From contig MU058463.1 of NCBI GenBank assembly GCA_013265495.1, forward strand, positions 3,267,037 to 3,331,036: a DNA stretch of 64,000 nt. Direction: 5' to 3'. A program made the position numbers and the translations under genes. The notes below the pieces were generated by a model. That model saw nothing but the letters and a program-made list of their open reading frames with translations. It searched no databases and was not told where the DNA came from. Below are positions 26,941-37,670 of this stretch, piece after piece. Origin of the DNA: Vicugna vicugna. Its lineage: Eukaryota. Within the stretch, counting starts at the first letter, position 1; every line of letters begins with the position of its first letter.

Positions 26941-27460
26941 AAAATCCCATCCTTTAAGTCATGATAGCGATGGTGATGATGGAGCTAAAACAAAAACTCC
27001 GCTTTAAATTCTTTCGTGGAGACATCATGGAGAGAGATGAGAAAGAAAACAATTTTCTTCACGTCATTGCGTCAAGAAACCTAACGTGCAGAAGCACTGA
27101 CAGAGCAAACAGGGAACCAGATGTGACTGAAAGGATAGGGGTGAGGGATTTTAGTACTACTACGAGTGGATTTCCTCGATCAAAAACCAGCTAGCCCACT
27201 TCTCTTCAAGAGGCTGAGAACTATGAGTAGCCCACTGCCCCATGTGTTCATTCCCTGCCTACCGCTCGACTCCTCAAATAGCAACCTCGAATTCTTACCC
27301 TTCGTGCTGCCATTCCTCTCGGAACCTAGGGATTCTTCAATTAGAGCTTCTAAACCACGTGGTATCTGTGAGAATCAGACGACACGACGATTGACATCTC
27401 TGTCTGCCTCCCATCTTTTTTCAAACACCAGTGGCAGCAGGCTGAGGTGGGGTCGTGTGA
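26941..27460. promoter_or_regulatory. CpG-enriched candidate promoter/enhancer with tandem bZIP (CRE/ATF-type) sites and an E-box
   Basis: 18 CpG counted in 520 nt, far above the surrounding density; TCACGTCA (27059-66) directly followed by TTGCGTCA (27067-74); CCACGTGG at 27355-62. Confidence 0.45.
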
Positions 27461-27499
27461 AGGACAAAAAAGATATCCCTAGAGCATCTGAGAGAACAA

Positions 27500-29270
27500 G
27501 ATGATGACTGGCCAAAACTGTTACTGAAGGAAAAACATTTCCAAAAATTGTCTGAAAGCCAGAAAGGATGAAAACGAGTTTTGAAATGAAACAATGGATA
27601 AAGTCAGCCTAGAATCTATCACCAGGGAATGAAGAATAGCTATCTAGTGGAACCTCCAAGTGACTGAATTCAGAATTAGCCAATGACCAAGTATAAGAAA
27701 GGGAAATGAAGTCGAAAGGGGAGTCAACAAAAATCTTTTCTGGGACCACTGTACCAGTCCCAGTGCCACACCCAGCACAGAGCACAGGTAGTTGGCATTC
27801 CCTCCAGGCAGAGCATGGCAAGGCTACTGTCTAAAGAAACTGAGCCGAAGCATAAGGGAAAACTCATGGATTCCAAAGCAGCTGTTACTTTTCCAACCAC
27901 TGAAACTCTTTCTAATTCTGGAATTTAATGAGGGGGCTGAAGGCAGGCAACTGATTCTCTGTCAATTTCCCCTGAAGGGAAATGTCTTAGCCTTGAGGCT
28001 ACTGGAGCAGTCTTGTTCAGGTGGATAAAGGTGGAAAAGTGTGGTTACCATGCCCTCCTACAGCATGGAAGGGTGGAACTATTGATATGCAGACCTGACA
28101 GGGACCCAAGCATCCCCTTGGGCTGGATCAGTCCTACATAGAATTGCCAATTATAATTCCCTCTTGGGAAGAAACTTCAGTTGAGAAATGCAATAGCAAG
28201 GGAAACTCACCCAAGCTACCCTTTTCTTCTACATCAGCCCTGAATGGGTAACCAAGCATCACCAGACATATGAAGAAACCACATGCAAACCAGTACCAAG
28301 AAAGACAGTAACAATCCAGTCTGTACCCTGGAGACAATAAAGATATTCAGAGGACCCCTAATATTTTTAGAGATAACGACATATTAGATGCATAAGATAA
28401 GAGTAAGGAAAAAATAGGATATAATGACTATGACCAACGCAAGTTTAAAAAAAAAGGCAATTAAAAACCTCAAAGAAAACAAACAAAAAATCCTAATCAT
28501 GAAACACATGGAATGTACTTAATGCTTGACATGAACTTAATAATTGATGAAGTACTTAAAAGGAGAGTTGAGTTGACTTTCACTCTAAAACATTTTCTTA
28601 GGGTGATCAAGAAAGGAAGACATTGAACCTATAAAGAGGAAGCTGATTTGAACATACAACTTGGCTTGGCACTGAATAGGAGGGGTATGATCAGACTGGT
28701 GTAAAGATTGGTTCTTGATTTTCATGTTTTATCATCAATGTACTATCAAAAGGTGAGACTTAGTTGGAGTTAGTGGAGAGGTTGCAACTGTTGATAATCT
28801 CAATAAGACCAAAGTAAACATATAGCTGCAAGTTGTACTGTTAGGAGGAAGAGTATTTGTGCAGAAGAAGGGCCAGGACACCCACAACCTCATCTCACAA
28901 AGAGGAAGTCGAGAAGTATTGCTTAAAGTTGATGAAAAAATAAAGAAATGTTAAGATTATTATTCAGTGACAAGAAGTTTCAGAAAGAACTAAAATAATG
29001 ATATAAACTAGTAATTCAAGGAAAAAAGAGTAGTATGAGATAAATCCTCTTATTTTATATTAAGAAGTCAAACGATACTTTTGAAATTTTGTTACTCAAG
29101 AAATAAGGGTAGATGTACACCATCCGGAGTTATGAAGGGAATTATCACTGCAAACTAGAAGAAACAGGTAGAAGAGCTTACCTCTGGGGAGCAGAACTGG
29201 AGACGAAAATCATAAGTTCTTTCACTATATTTGATATAACTTGAATGCATGTTCAAACAAATGATGTTCA
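27500..29270 (+). mobile_element. Ancient L1ME/HAL1-like element (5' region, ORF1-like remnant, 3' end)
   Basis: aaccaagcatcaccagacatatgaagaaa (L1M ORF1 start-like), an A-rich ORF1-like tract, and a 3' gagcttacctctggggagcagaactgg motif. Confidence 0.55.
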
Positions 29271-29479
29271 ACACACTTCATCTATGGTACTTCATTTGTT
29301 TTAAATTAAAGAGCATGGAAATCAAAGAATAGAAGAGAATGGAATTAACACTGTTAACAGATAATCACTTTTTGATTAGGCAAACAGTTGATTTACACAA
29401 AATTTGAGAAATCGTATCTGCAGACATCACAGGAAGACCGCCGCAGATAAAATAATGTGTGCACCTGTGCCTGTGTGTG

Positions 29480-29885
29480 GGTGTTAATGTTCCCTCCAGC
29501 TGCTCTCTCTGCCTCTGTCTCCTTTAGGCATTAGATAACTTTCACTGACATACATTGTAATATCCTAGAAACATTAAGGATGTCTTTCTGCCTATAAGAT
29601 ACATACAATTTCCTTGATAGGGATCTTCATAATTCTGTGGCAATTAGCCTTACCTGCCTCATCTCCCAGTGGTCAATAGCACACAAGTTCTCTGTCCTGG
29701 CCAAGCTGGACCACTTACTGTCCTTAGAGATGAGCTTTCCATGTTTCTCTGACTGGTCTCTCTGACCTGAATATAAGCTCTGTCAGGGTAAAGGACCACC
29801 TTTCCTACTTCTTTATGTATCTCACAACGCTTAGGACTGTGCCTCCAACAAACTAGACCCTTGATGCATGTTTTTGGTTAAGCAG
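29480..29885 (+). mobile_element. L2 3' fragment
   Basis: ccttacctgcctcatctccc ... aagctctgtcagggtaaaggaccacc ... aacgcttaggactgtgcc. Confidence 0.65.
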
Positions 29886-29984
29886 ATAAGCGTATTATAA
29901 CTTGCCTTTATAACTTTTAAAATAGAATGATGGCATTCAACTTAATGTAACTGACCTTAAAGAATTGTGAAGTTTGTTTTTCTT

Positions 29985-30350
29985 TATGAGACAGAGTAGC
30001 ATAGAAATAAACACTGAAAGAGGGGAGAGGGTATAGCTCAATGCTTGAGTGCATGCCTAGCATGCATCAGGTCCTGTGTTTGAGTTCCAGTACTTCCATT
30101 AAAATAAATAAACCTAATTACCCCCCCAAAACAAAACAATACAAAAAAAACTAATAAAATAAATAAATAAATAACACTGTAAGAATTTGGAGACTAAATT
30201 GATTCCTGTTTCCGTCACTTCCTACCCACGTGACCTGGGATCAGTTACATAGCTTACCTGTGCCACAGTTTTGTCATTTATATAATGTGGTGACAAAATA
30301 TCTAAAATACTTTCTAGTATTGTTGTAAGGATCAAGTGAAGCACACAGTG
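29985..30350 (+). mobile_element. MIR SINE interrupted by a camelid SINE
   Basis: MIR head acagagtagcatagaaataaacactg, resuming after the SINE with gtgacctgggatcagttac...gttgtaaggatcaagtga. Confidence 0.6.
30022..30170 (+). mobile_element. Camelid tRNA-derived SINE (Vic-1 type)
   Basis: ggggagagggtatagctcaatgcttgagtgcatgcctagcatgcatcaggtcctgtgtttgagttccagtacttccattaaaataaataaacctaattaccccccc plus A-rich tail; imperfect TSD aataaacactgaaag / aataacactgtaag. Confidence 0.92.
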
Positions 30351-32699
30351 TTCAGGATTGGGCCTGGTATTTTGCAAGTGTTCTAAAAACAGCAGCTACT
30401 TTTTTATTTTCAGGACAGAGGAACCTCAACATCTCCATTGCTTGACTGCTAACGCAGATGTCTGGCTCACGCAAAGTCTGCTGTAGGTCAGTGGGAGGAG
30501 GAGGTACACAGAGGACTTGGCTCCATGTGGGCACTCAGGTACCTAGGTCAATGGACACTACCTGAGATATCCTCGTGACGGCAGCAGTGGCAGAGACAGC
30601 TGGGGGTCGTGGGCTGGATCTTTTATTTTTGGACCTATAAGTGGTAACCATCACTGCTGCCCAACCTCAAGAACAGCAAGGGGTCAAGAAGTGTGTGGGA
30701 GGGCATTAAGTAACTGGGACACCTCCTGTTTCTGCCGCACATATTATAGATCTATGGAGGGCAATGACAACATGCAGAGGTACAATCTAAAAGTCCAAAA
30801 GATCAGAAGGTTATTCTGAATCAGATTTCAGAAGTACAAATTTTTGAAGCTATGCTACTGAACTAAATACTTTCACAAGAGTCATTATTGGTCTCACTTA
30901 TGGAAATCAGTATCTCCAACAAATCTGAGTGTGACTTTTCATGTTTTTAATGTTTTGAAGTTATTCAGAGATCTGAGCTGGAAGAGATCTTGTTTTTAAA
31001 ATAAAAAGTTAATCTTATATTTAGCCATTATTTTCAAAGTATATATATGCTGAAGTTTTCCATATTAAAGCTGCAATTCTTATTTGCTGCCAGCAAGGGG
31101 AGTTGTAAGAACTCCGAGCTTCCCCACTATGATGCTAAAATGAGGATCTAAAAGGGAATGGAGAAAGTTATAGATTTAAATGAATCACTTCCCTAAATCA
31201 GCAGGGTTTCCTGCAGAAGAGCAGCAATGGCTTGGAAAGCTTTTGAGTATTACATCCGATTGAGTAGCAAAGGGCACTTTTTAAAAAAGCTTTTTGTGTA
31301 AAGATGCTCCTAAGGTTTTTCTCCAGTTTCTTTTTGTTTTTCCTAAATAAAATCCGTGACTGTGGACCCACTCACTTTTTTGGGGGGAAATAGAAATACC
31401 AAAATACATTACTTTTATCTGAACCTATAAACTCCCTGATTCAGGAGGGGGGCGGGGTGCAGCAGAGCTGAGCCCTTCCCTCTCTCCTCGTGTTCTTCAA
31501 GCTTCCTTTTGCTTTCCCAGCAGTGACTTCCGATGTCTTATAAGTGATTGCACAACTGCTGTCCAGCTGATTTTTCATCAAAGCCCAGTCTCTGTGGTTA
31601 GGAGGTAAACACATTATCCCATATGGTAAACTTCCTGTCTCTTAATGCAGGCATTTAATGGAAGGGATTCATCTCTGGCTCAGAAGAAAAGGTATCTGAA
31701 TTGTATGTACATTTCACGTTTTCTTTAGTTAAACTTGAAAGTGTGAGTGATATGAAGAAAAGATCCAACTATAAGAGAGAAAGGCGGTATTAATAAAATC
31801 TGCATCTAAATTAAAAATTGTTTTATTCTGCTTTTTCATTTCACTTTTCCGTCTTACTTTTTTATATTTGTCATTTATGCAATTAATTCAAATAATTAAT
31901 TATTTGAAAATTAACCACCTTTTCTCTTTTTTGTTTCATATTATGGTGCATTTTTTTAACTCTTTGTCATTTTTATCCAAATATTTTCCTAAGCTTCCTA
32001 TTCTTTTTGGTGTCTATAGCCATAAACCATATCTGATGTACAGCTTGGCACGTTGCTCATCTTTTCATATGAAACAAAGTTAATGTCCTCAGTGGATTAT
32101 GAGATTATCTAATTTGTTGCATAAATACATATGGAAATGTGTCTATGCTAGAATTACAGAAAGTTATGCTCCATTATTCAGAATTTAAAACTATATTTTC
32201 AAAAAAGCTCAACTGACTAAATAACTCTATATCCTACATATATAGTTTTGGTGAAAATATTATCAAAATAATTTTCCTTACTAACATGTTTACTCAGAAA
32301 TTATAATTTTTACCTGGAATTTGCCACATCTTCCCTACTTTCTTTTAAAAGGATCACCTTAAATGCTTTCTGCTAGGAATGAGGTCTTATAACAGGCACA
32401 TTCACTTAAAAAAAAAAAAAAGTATCTCAGACTAGAGTCACCTGAAAGCACAAAGGATCCTCCATTCAGCAAGGTGGGGACACCTATTCATACGGTTGGA
32501 GCCTAAGCTAGGCAGACCTGCTTGGCAGTTTTCCCCTCTCAGACTACTGCTGTGACATCAGAAGCATCTGTCCTGCCTCTTACCTCATTCCTCGTGCCAA
32601 GTCTGGTTCCCCAGTCCCCAGCACACATTCACACACAGACCTCTGCTCAACTTTCCACAAATCATTCTTTGACATTCTCTTCTTCTAATATATCTATAC

Positions 32700-32782
32700 T
32701 AAAGAGGAAGAGGACGAGGAGAAATAGGGGAAAGAGGAAAAGAGGAGGAAGAGGGAGGAAGGGGGAGGAAGGGGAGGAAGGA
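32700..32782 (+). repeat. Polypurine (GA/GGA-rich) low-complexity tract
   Basis: aaagaggaagaggacgaggagaaataggggaaagaggaaaagaggaggaagagggaggaagggggaggaaggggaggaaggaa. Confidence 0.9.
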
Positions 32783-33419
32783 ATCTCCACTCATAACCAC
32801 CCATGTCAGTGGTGCAGAGTCTGAGCCAACAAGCTCGGAACATCCTAGGATCTCTGGAGAAGAGCAGTCACTAGTGCCTTGAATGCAGCATTTCCAATGC
32901 CAGGTGATGCCGAAAGCCTTCACCATACCCTGTTTACTTGACCAAAGAAAGATGATGGCCCCAAACATTCCATGGCTCAATAAGCATCCATTCAGGGAGT
33001 AGATGCCAGATTCCCCCTCTGTGGACATCCCCCAAAACTACAATTCTGTGAGAGCCCTCTTGTCGCTTGGATAGGAGAATCCTTTTCCTTCGTGAGGTGG
33101 GAAGGTAAAGTATTTCATTACTAACACTAAACTCCCCTGAAGGCCCACGTCCCCACTGGCCTTCTCTTTTCTGATTCCTCTCCTCTGGGAAGTCAGGAAT
33201 GGTTGTGCTTGGGGTGAGGCTGTGTTGGCTCTGCTGCATTTAGTCAGCACTGGGGCTGGGAGGGAGAGCCCAATTGCTTTAAGCTCTCTTTACAATGGGA
33301 GTCTTTAATGCCTCTTTGTTTTCGTTTGTGGATTCTTGCCTTCATTCTATAGCAACAGAAAAATTCCACGCATTCAGGATTGCTTTTAATTATTTTGACA
33401 GTTCTGCAAGGTGTGAAGT

Positions 33420-33520
33420 CTCAATATTCCACATGAGAAAGTAAAGGGACAGTGAGCGGAATTAACTCTCCTAAGGTCACACGGCTAAGAAACAGTTGAC
33501 TCCAGTTCTGCCTGACTCCA
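33420..33520 (-). mobile_element. MIR fragment
   Basis: ccacatgagaaagtaaagggacagtgagcggaattaactctcctaaggtcacacggctaag. Confidence 0.65.
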
Positions 33521-33719
33521 AAGCCCACGCTCTCCCACACCTCAGTACCTCCTGGAGCAAAGGATTCGTTATCTCTGGATCTCACTGTCATGTGGGCAAA
33601 GCTATGAGGATGACCGTATGTTTCTTGCCAATCCTTCAATCAAAAATAGTTCACTATTACACTGATGTATTTTATTAGATATTTAAAGATTCATTGTATA
33701 TCTTTAGCTTCCTCTAATT

Positions 33720-34830
33720 TGCTGAATATTATTTAAACGAATAATTAGTGAGGACACACACTAGGTGCAAGGCACTGTGCTGAGCATGGGAGTTACAACA
33801 CTGAAAAAACAAAGTCCCTGTTCTTGTGTAGTGTGTTTGCCTTCAAGTGAGTGTGGGAGTGTGTGTTAGATGATAAGGTAACATATACATATATTTATAT
33901 ACTATTGATAGTTATTTATATATATTGATATATATCAAATGTAGAATTTACATAATATATTTTATGTAAAATAAATATATATACTACATATATAAATTAT
34001 AGCTGGATATGGTACATTTTATGAAAAAAATTAAAATGAGTTAAAGACAGAGAGCGAAAGGTCAGGGCTTTTATATTTTGAGTGATCAAGAAAAGCTTTT
34101 CTGCTTAAGTGATATTGGAGCAGAGATGTGAATTAAGTTTGGTCATGAAATGCCATGCAGCTATCTGGAGGAAGACCATTCCAGGCTGGTGGAATAGTCA
34201 GTGCAAAGGCCTCAGGTAAGAACATGCTTGGCATGTTGCAGTATCAACAAGAAGGCCAATGTGGCTGGAGGGAGGTAACAGGGCAGAGAGAGGGCAAGAA
34301 GTTGGAAAATCCATGTAGGGTTTCATGGCCCTAGTAATGACCTTGGATTTGATTCTGAATGAGATAGGACACCATTTAATGAAATAGAATGAGATTAATT
34401 GACATTTTTATAGTGATCATCCTTCATTGAGACAAGACTCTCCAGGATGCAGGTGCAGATGTGGAGAGATCAGTTAGGAGGCTCATACTTTTAGCCAAGA
34501 GGTGATGGAGATCTGGACCCCAGCACTAGTCTTTGAGATGTTGAAAAGTAATTGGATTCTAGATACATTTTGAAAGTAGAACTGACAGCATTTGCAGATC
34601 AATTAAACACGAAATATTAGAGAAAAGCAAAATGAATAAGCATAATTACAAGGAATTTGGCTGACATTTACAGATATGCAGAAAAGTTAGTTTGGGGGGA
34701 AAATTCTAGAGGTTGCTATCTATTGAACATGTTGGATGTTATGTGACTTCTTGATACCACATAGAAATTTTGAGAAATTAGGTCAGAGAATGAGTAAAGA
34801 CAGATAAAATATTAGAAATCATCACCACAG
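33720..34830 (-). mobile_element. L2 (L2a-like) LINE fragment containing an AT-rich simple repeat
   Basis: ctaggtgcaaggcactgtgctgagcatggg, cattccaggctggtggaatagtcagtgcaaaggcc, cagttaggaggc, gattctagatacattttgaaagtagaactgacag. Confidence 0.85.
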
Positions 34831-34849
34831 AGATGATCTTTCTGACAGA

Positions 34850-34995
34850 GATTTCCCCCAATCTCAGAAACTAGAGAAAATTGAGGCACAGAAAGATTAA
34901 CTAACTTACCCAGGAACACACAGCTAGTAAGTGGCAGAGTGGAGATTCAAAGCTAGGTGAAATTTGCCCAGAGTCCATACTTCAACCATCACAGT
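34850..34995 (-). mobile_element. MIR SINE
   Basis: gaaaattgaggcacagaaagattaactaacttacccaggaacacacagctagtaagtggcagagtggagattcaaa. Confidence 0.85.
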
Positions 34996-35009
34996 TTGCT
35001 ATGATGACT

Positions 35010-36377
35010 CCCTGTTTCTTTGCCCTTCTTCAGGATTTTGTCAGCTGTATTTACTGTTTCAGTGTGTCAAGGTGCATAACATTTACCTTCTATTTCATTA
35101 CCATATTTCCCACAATTAGTCCTTATAGTTAAACATATTCAGTTATCCCATAACTTATTTTACATCAGCCTTTCCATTCGTGTTTTCTTTCTTTCTTTTT
35201 TTTTTTGTCTAATTTACTTTTTGGTGAGCTTGATTTCATCATTTTTTGTTTGTTTGTTTCTTGTTTTTCAGAAAAAATTCAACAGGTATCACATTCCCTG
35301 AGATATTTCCTGCTTGAAAATGTCTGGCTGTGATGTTTAGCAAAAGGCAGTTTACTTTTTCTTTCCTTGAGAACTTTGCAGACATGGCTCCACTGTTTCC
35401 TGTTACTGAGTGTTGTTCTATGGCTGTCACTGCAGCTTCTCCACTTATATGTTGGTTGGCTGCTCTTAGTCCTCAAGGATTTTTTCAGAAGTCTTTTATA
35501 GATATTCTATCCTTGTTTTTATTTTTATGCTGAAATTTTCTGCCTATTGCCTTTATATTTACATTGACAACATAATAGTTATACTATTTTAAGTCACATT
35601 TTCTTCCTCAATATTTTCCATTATTTTCTGGCATTAATTGTTAGCATTAAGAAACCAAGCTCCAGTCTGTTTTTTTGTTTTTTTTTTTTTTTTTTTTTTT
35701 TTATACCATTAGAGGTGACTTAGTTTGGATATCTACTGCTGGGAAATTTATTTCTCTAGCATTAAAGTTCCACACATTAAATAAGATATTTTTCAGTGTT
35801 GGTTTGTTGGTAATAAGGAGGATTATTTCCTAAAACACACTACCTTCTTTTAAAACTAAAGATTCAATATTCTTTTTATTTTAAAAACAGAAAAGTGTTA
35901 TCCATTATTCTCCTGAATTTTTTTTATTTCATTTACCAAGTTTTCTATTTCACTGATACAGATTTTCTTTAGTTTAGATTATCTTTGACTTCTAAATTTA
36001 TCATCCTATCCTTATTTGTTTGTCTTTTTCTTTAGCATTCTCTGTGATTATCTTAAGACTTTCTAGAATAGCAATGTTATATTCAGCCATTTATTCTATC
36101 CTTTACCACTATTTTTATATATTATTTCTGTAATGTCACTTACATCCTTAATTCACCAATAACTTCCTGTGTTACTCAAGTTATATTATTATTAAAATCT
36201 TCTATTGTTTGATAAATTTGTAAGGAAATTTTATCTGTCTCTTGGAGTATGTTTTTTTCTAGAACTGGTTCTATGAGTTTTTTTTTTTTTAATGTAGCAT
36301 ATTTTCAAAGTTGCCACAACAACTCTTTGCATCTTATTTCTGCAACTTTACCCAGAACTATTTCTTGGATATAATAT
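35010..36377 (-). mobile_element. Ancient L1M/HAL1-like fragment (ORF1 region), interrupted by MER21
   Basis: T-rich antisense L1-like sequence; appears to continue at 37245-37670. Confidence 0.55.
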
Positions 36378-37240
36378 TGTAATATTGTGATATATATTAA
36401 GAAACATATATTTAGTCTAAGTCCCAGGTCATGGCACAGAACTCCTAAAACCCTTGTAACATTTTGAGTGAGGTTTAAAGACCCTTAGAATCTCCAGAGT
36501 GGTAAGAGTGTCTTTTTGTATGTCAGTGAGCTGACTGGTGGCTGGTGACCCTTAGATAGCTTCAGGAAGAGGGCTGGTTTGCCAGAGGAACCAACCATGT
36601 GATTAGAGGGTTGGAATGTTCTGCACCACCCCTGACCTCTAGGGAGGGGAGAGTGGTTGGAGATTGAGTTTATCACCAGTGGCCAATGAGTTAATCAATC
36701 ATGCTTACATAATGGAATCTCCATAAAAACCCTAAACAATGGAGTTCAGGGAGTTTCTGGGTTGGTGAACGTATTCATGTGCTGACAGGATGACACACCC
36801 CAATTCTATGAGGATAGAAGCTCCTGAGCTCAGGACTTCCAGACCTCGTCCTGTGTATCTCTTCATCTGCTTCCTCATTTGTATTTCTTATAATATCCTT
36901 TCTAATAAGCCCATAAATGGGTAGTGTTTCCCTGAGTTCTGTGAGTCTTTATAGCAAATTAGAGAGACTGAGGAGGGGCTTGGGGGAATCCCTGATTTGT
37001 AGCCAAAGTGGACAGAAGTATAGGCAACCTGAGAATTTGGGACTAACATCTGAAGCCAGGGGATTATCTTGTGGCACTGAGCCCTTAAAATCTGGGGTCT
37101 GTGCTCACTCCGAGTAGTTAGGGTCATAATGGAATTAATTTTAAGACACCACTTGGTGTCTGCAGAGAATACCAGAAGTGCTTGGTGTGGAAAACCCAAA
37201 CACTGGATGCCAGAAGGGTTGTGAGCAGAGTAATTTTTTC
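36378..37240 (+). mobile_element. MER21-family (MER21C-like) ERVL solo LTR
   Basis: Starts tgtaatattgtgatatatattaagaaac...ggcacagaactcctaaaacccttg; internal accaaccatgtgattagagggttggaa, gccaatgagttaatcaatcatgc, tgtttccctgagttctgtgag, gacaccacttggtgtctgcagagaat. Confidence 0.88.
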
Positions 37241-37244
37241 TTAT

Positions 37245-37670
37245 TGGATTTCGAACCTATTTGCCTGCCTTTCCTCGCCACCTTGAAAGCTGAGCACTGT
37301 GCTCCATCTGCTTCTCTGTAGCCTAGAGGCCCTGGTGAGTGCTGAGGGAGGAGAGTGGGAGCAGGGAGGGTGCAGCAGGGTCTATGTGCATCTTTCGTTG
37401 AAGGTCACCAGCTGTACTCTCTCCTTTGGGATTTTCTGAAATGTTCTCTATCATTTCACCTAGTTGGGAAAGGATTCCAGTCCTGAAAGGGAGTCTACTG
37501 GGACTTTGAATTTTTTCCAAAACTCATCAGGAAGTCCTGGATAATCTCCAGCTGCTCCAGTGATTTCTATTGGCCATTTCTCTACAGGGCCTGTCCTTGA
37601 CTCTTCCTGAATTAACTTTCTCATTTTCCCAGCTAAGTCTGCTTACTGCTTTGTAACCCGGAAGTGGTGG
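37245..37670 (-). mobile_element. 5' part of the ancient L1M/HAL1-like element
   Basis: Minus strand begins cacttccgggttacaaagcag, resembling an L1M 5' acttccgg motif. Confidence 0.4.

Noticed and set aside
26961-27504. Plus-strand ORFs of 77 and 112 aa in the CpG-rich patch, considered as a viral insert or retrocopy
   Set aside because: Six-frame reading gave nothing resembling a viral or cellular protein; no poly(A) or TSD.
32522-33250. Cluster of 70-109 aa ORFs
   Set aside because: Partly driven by the polypurine tract; no domain and no consistent frame.
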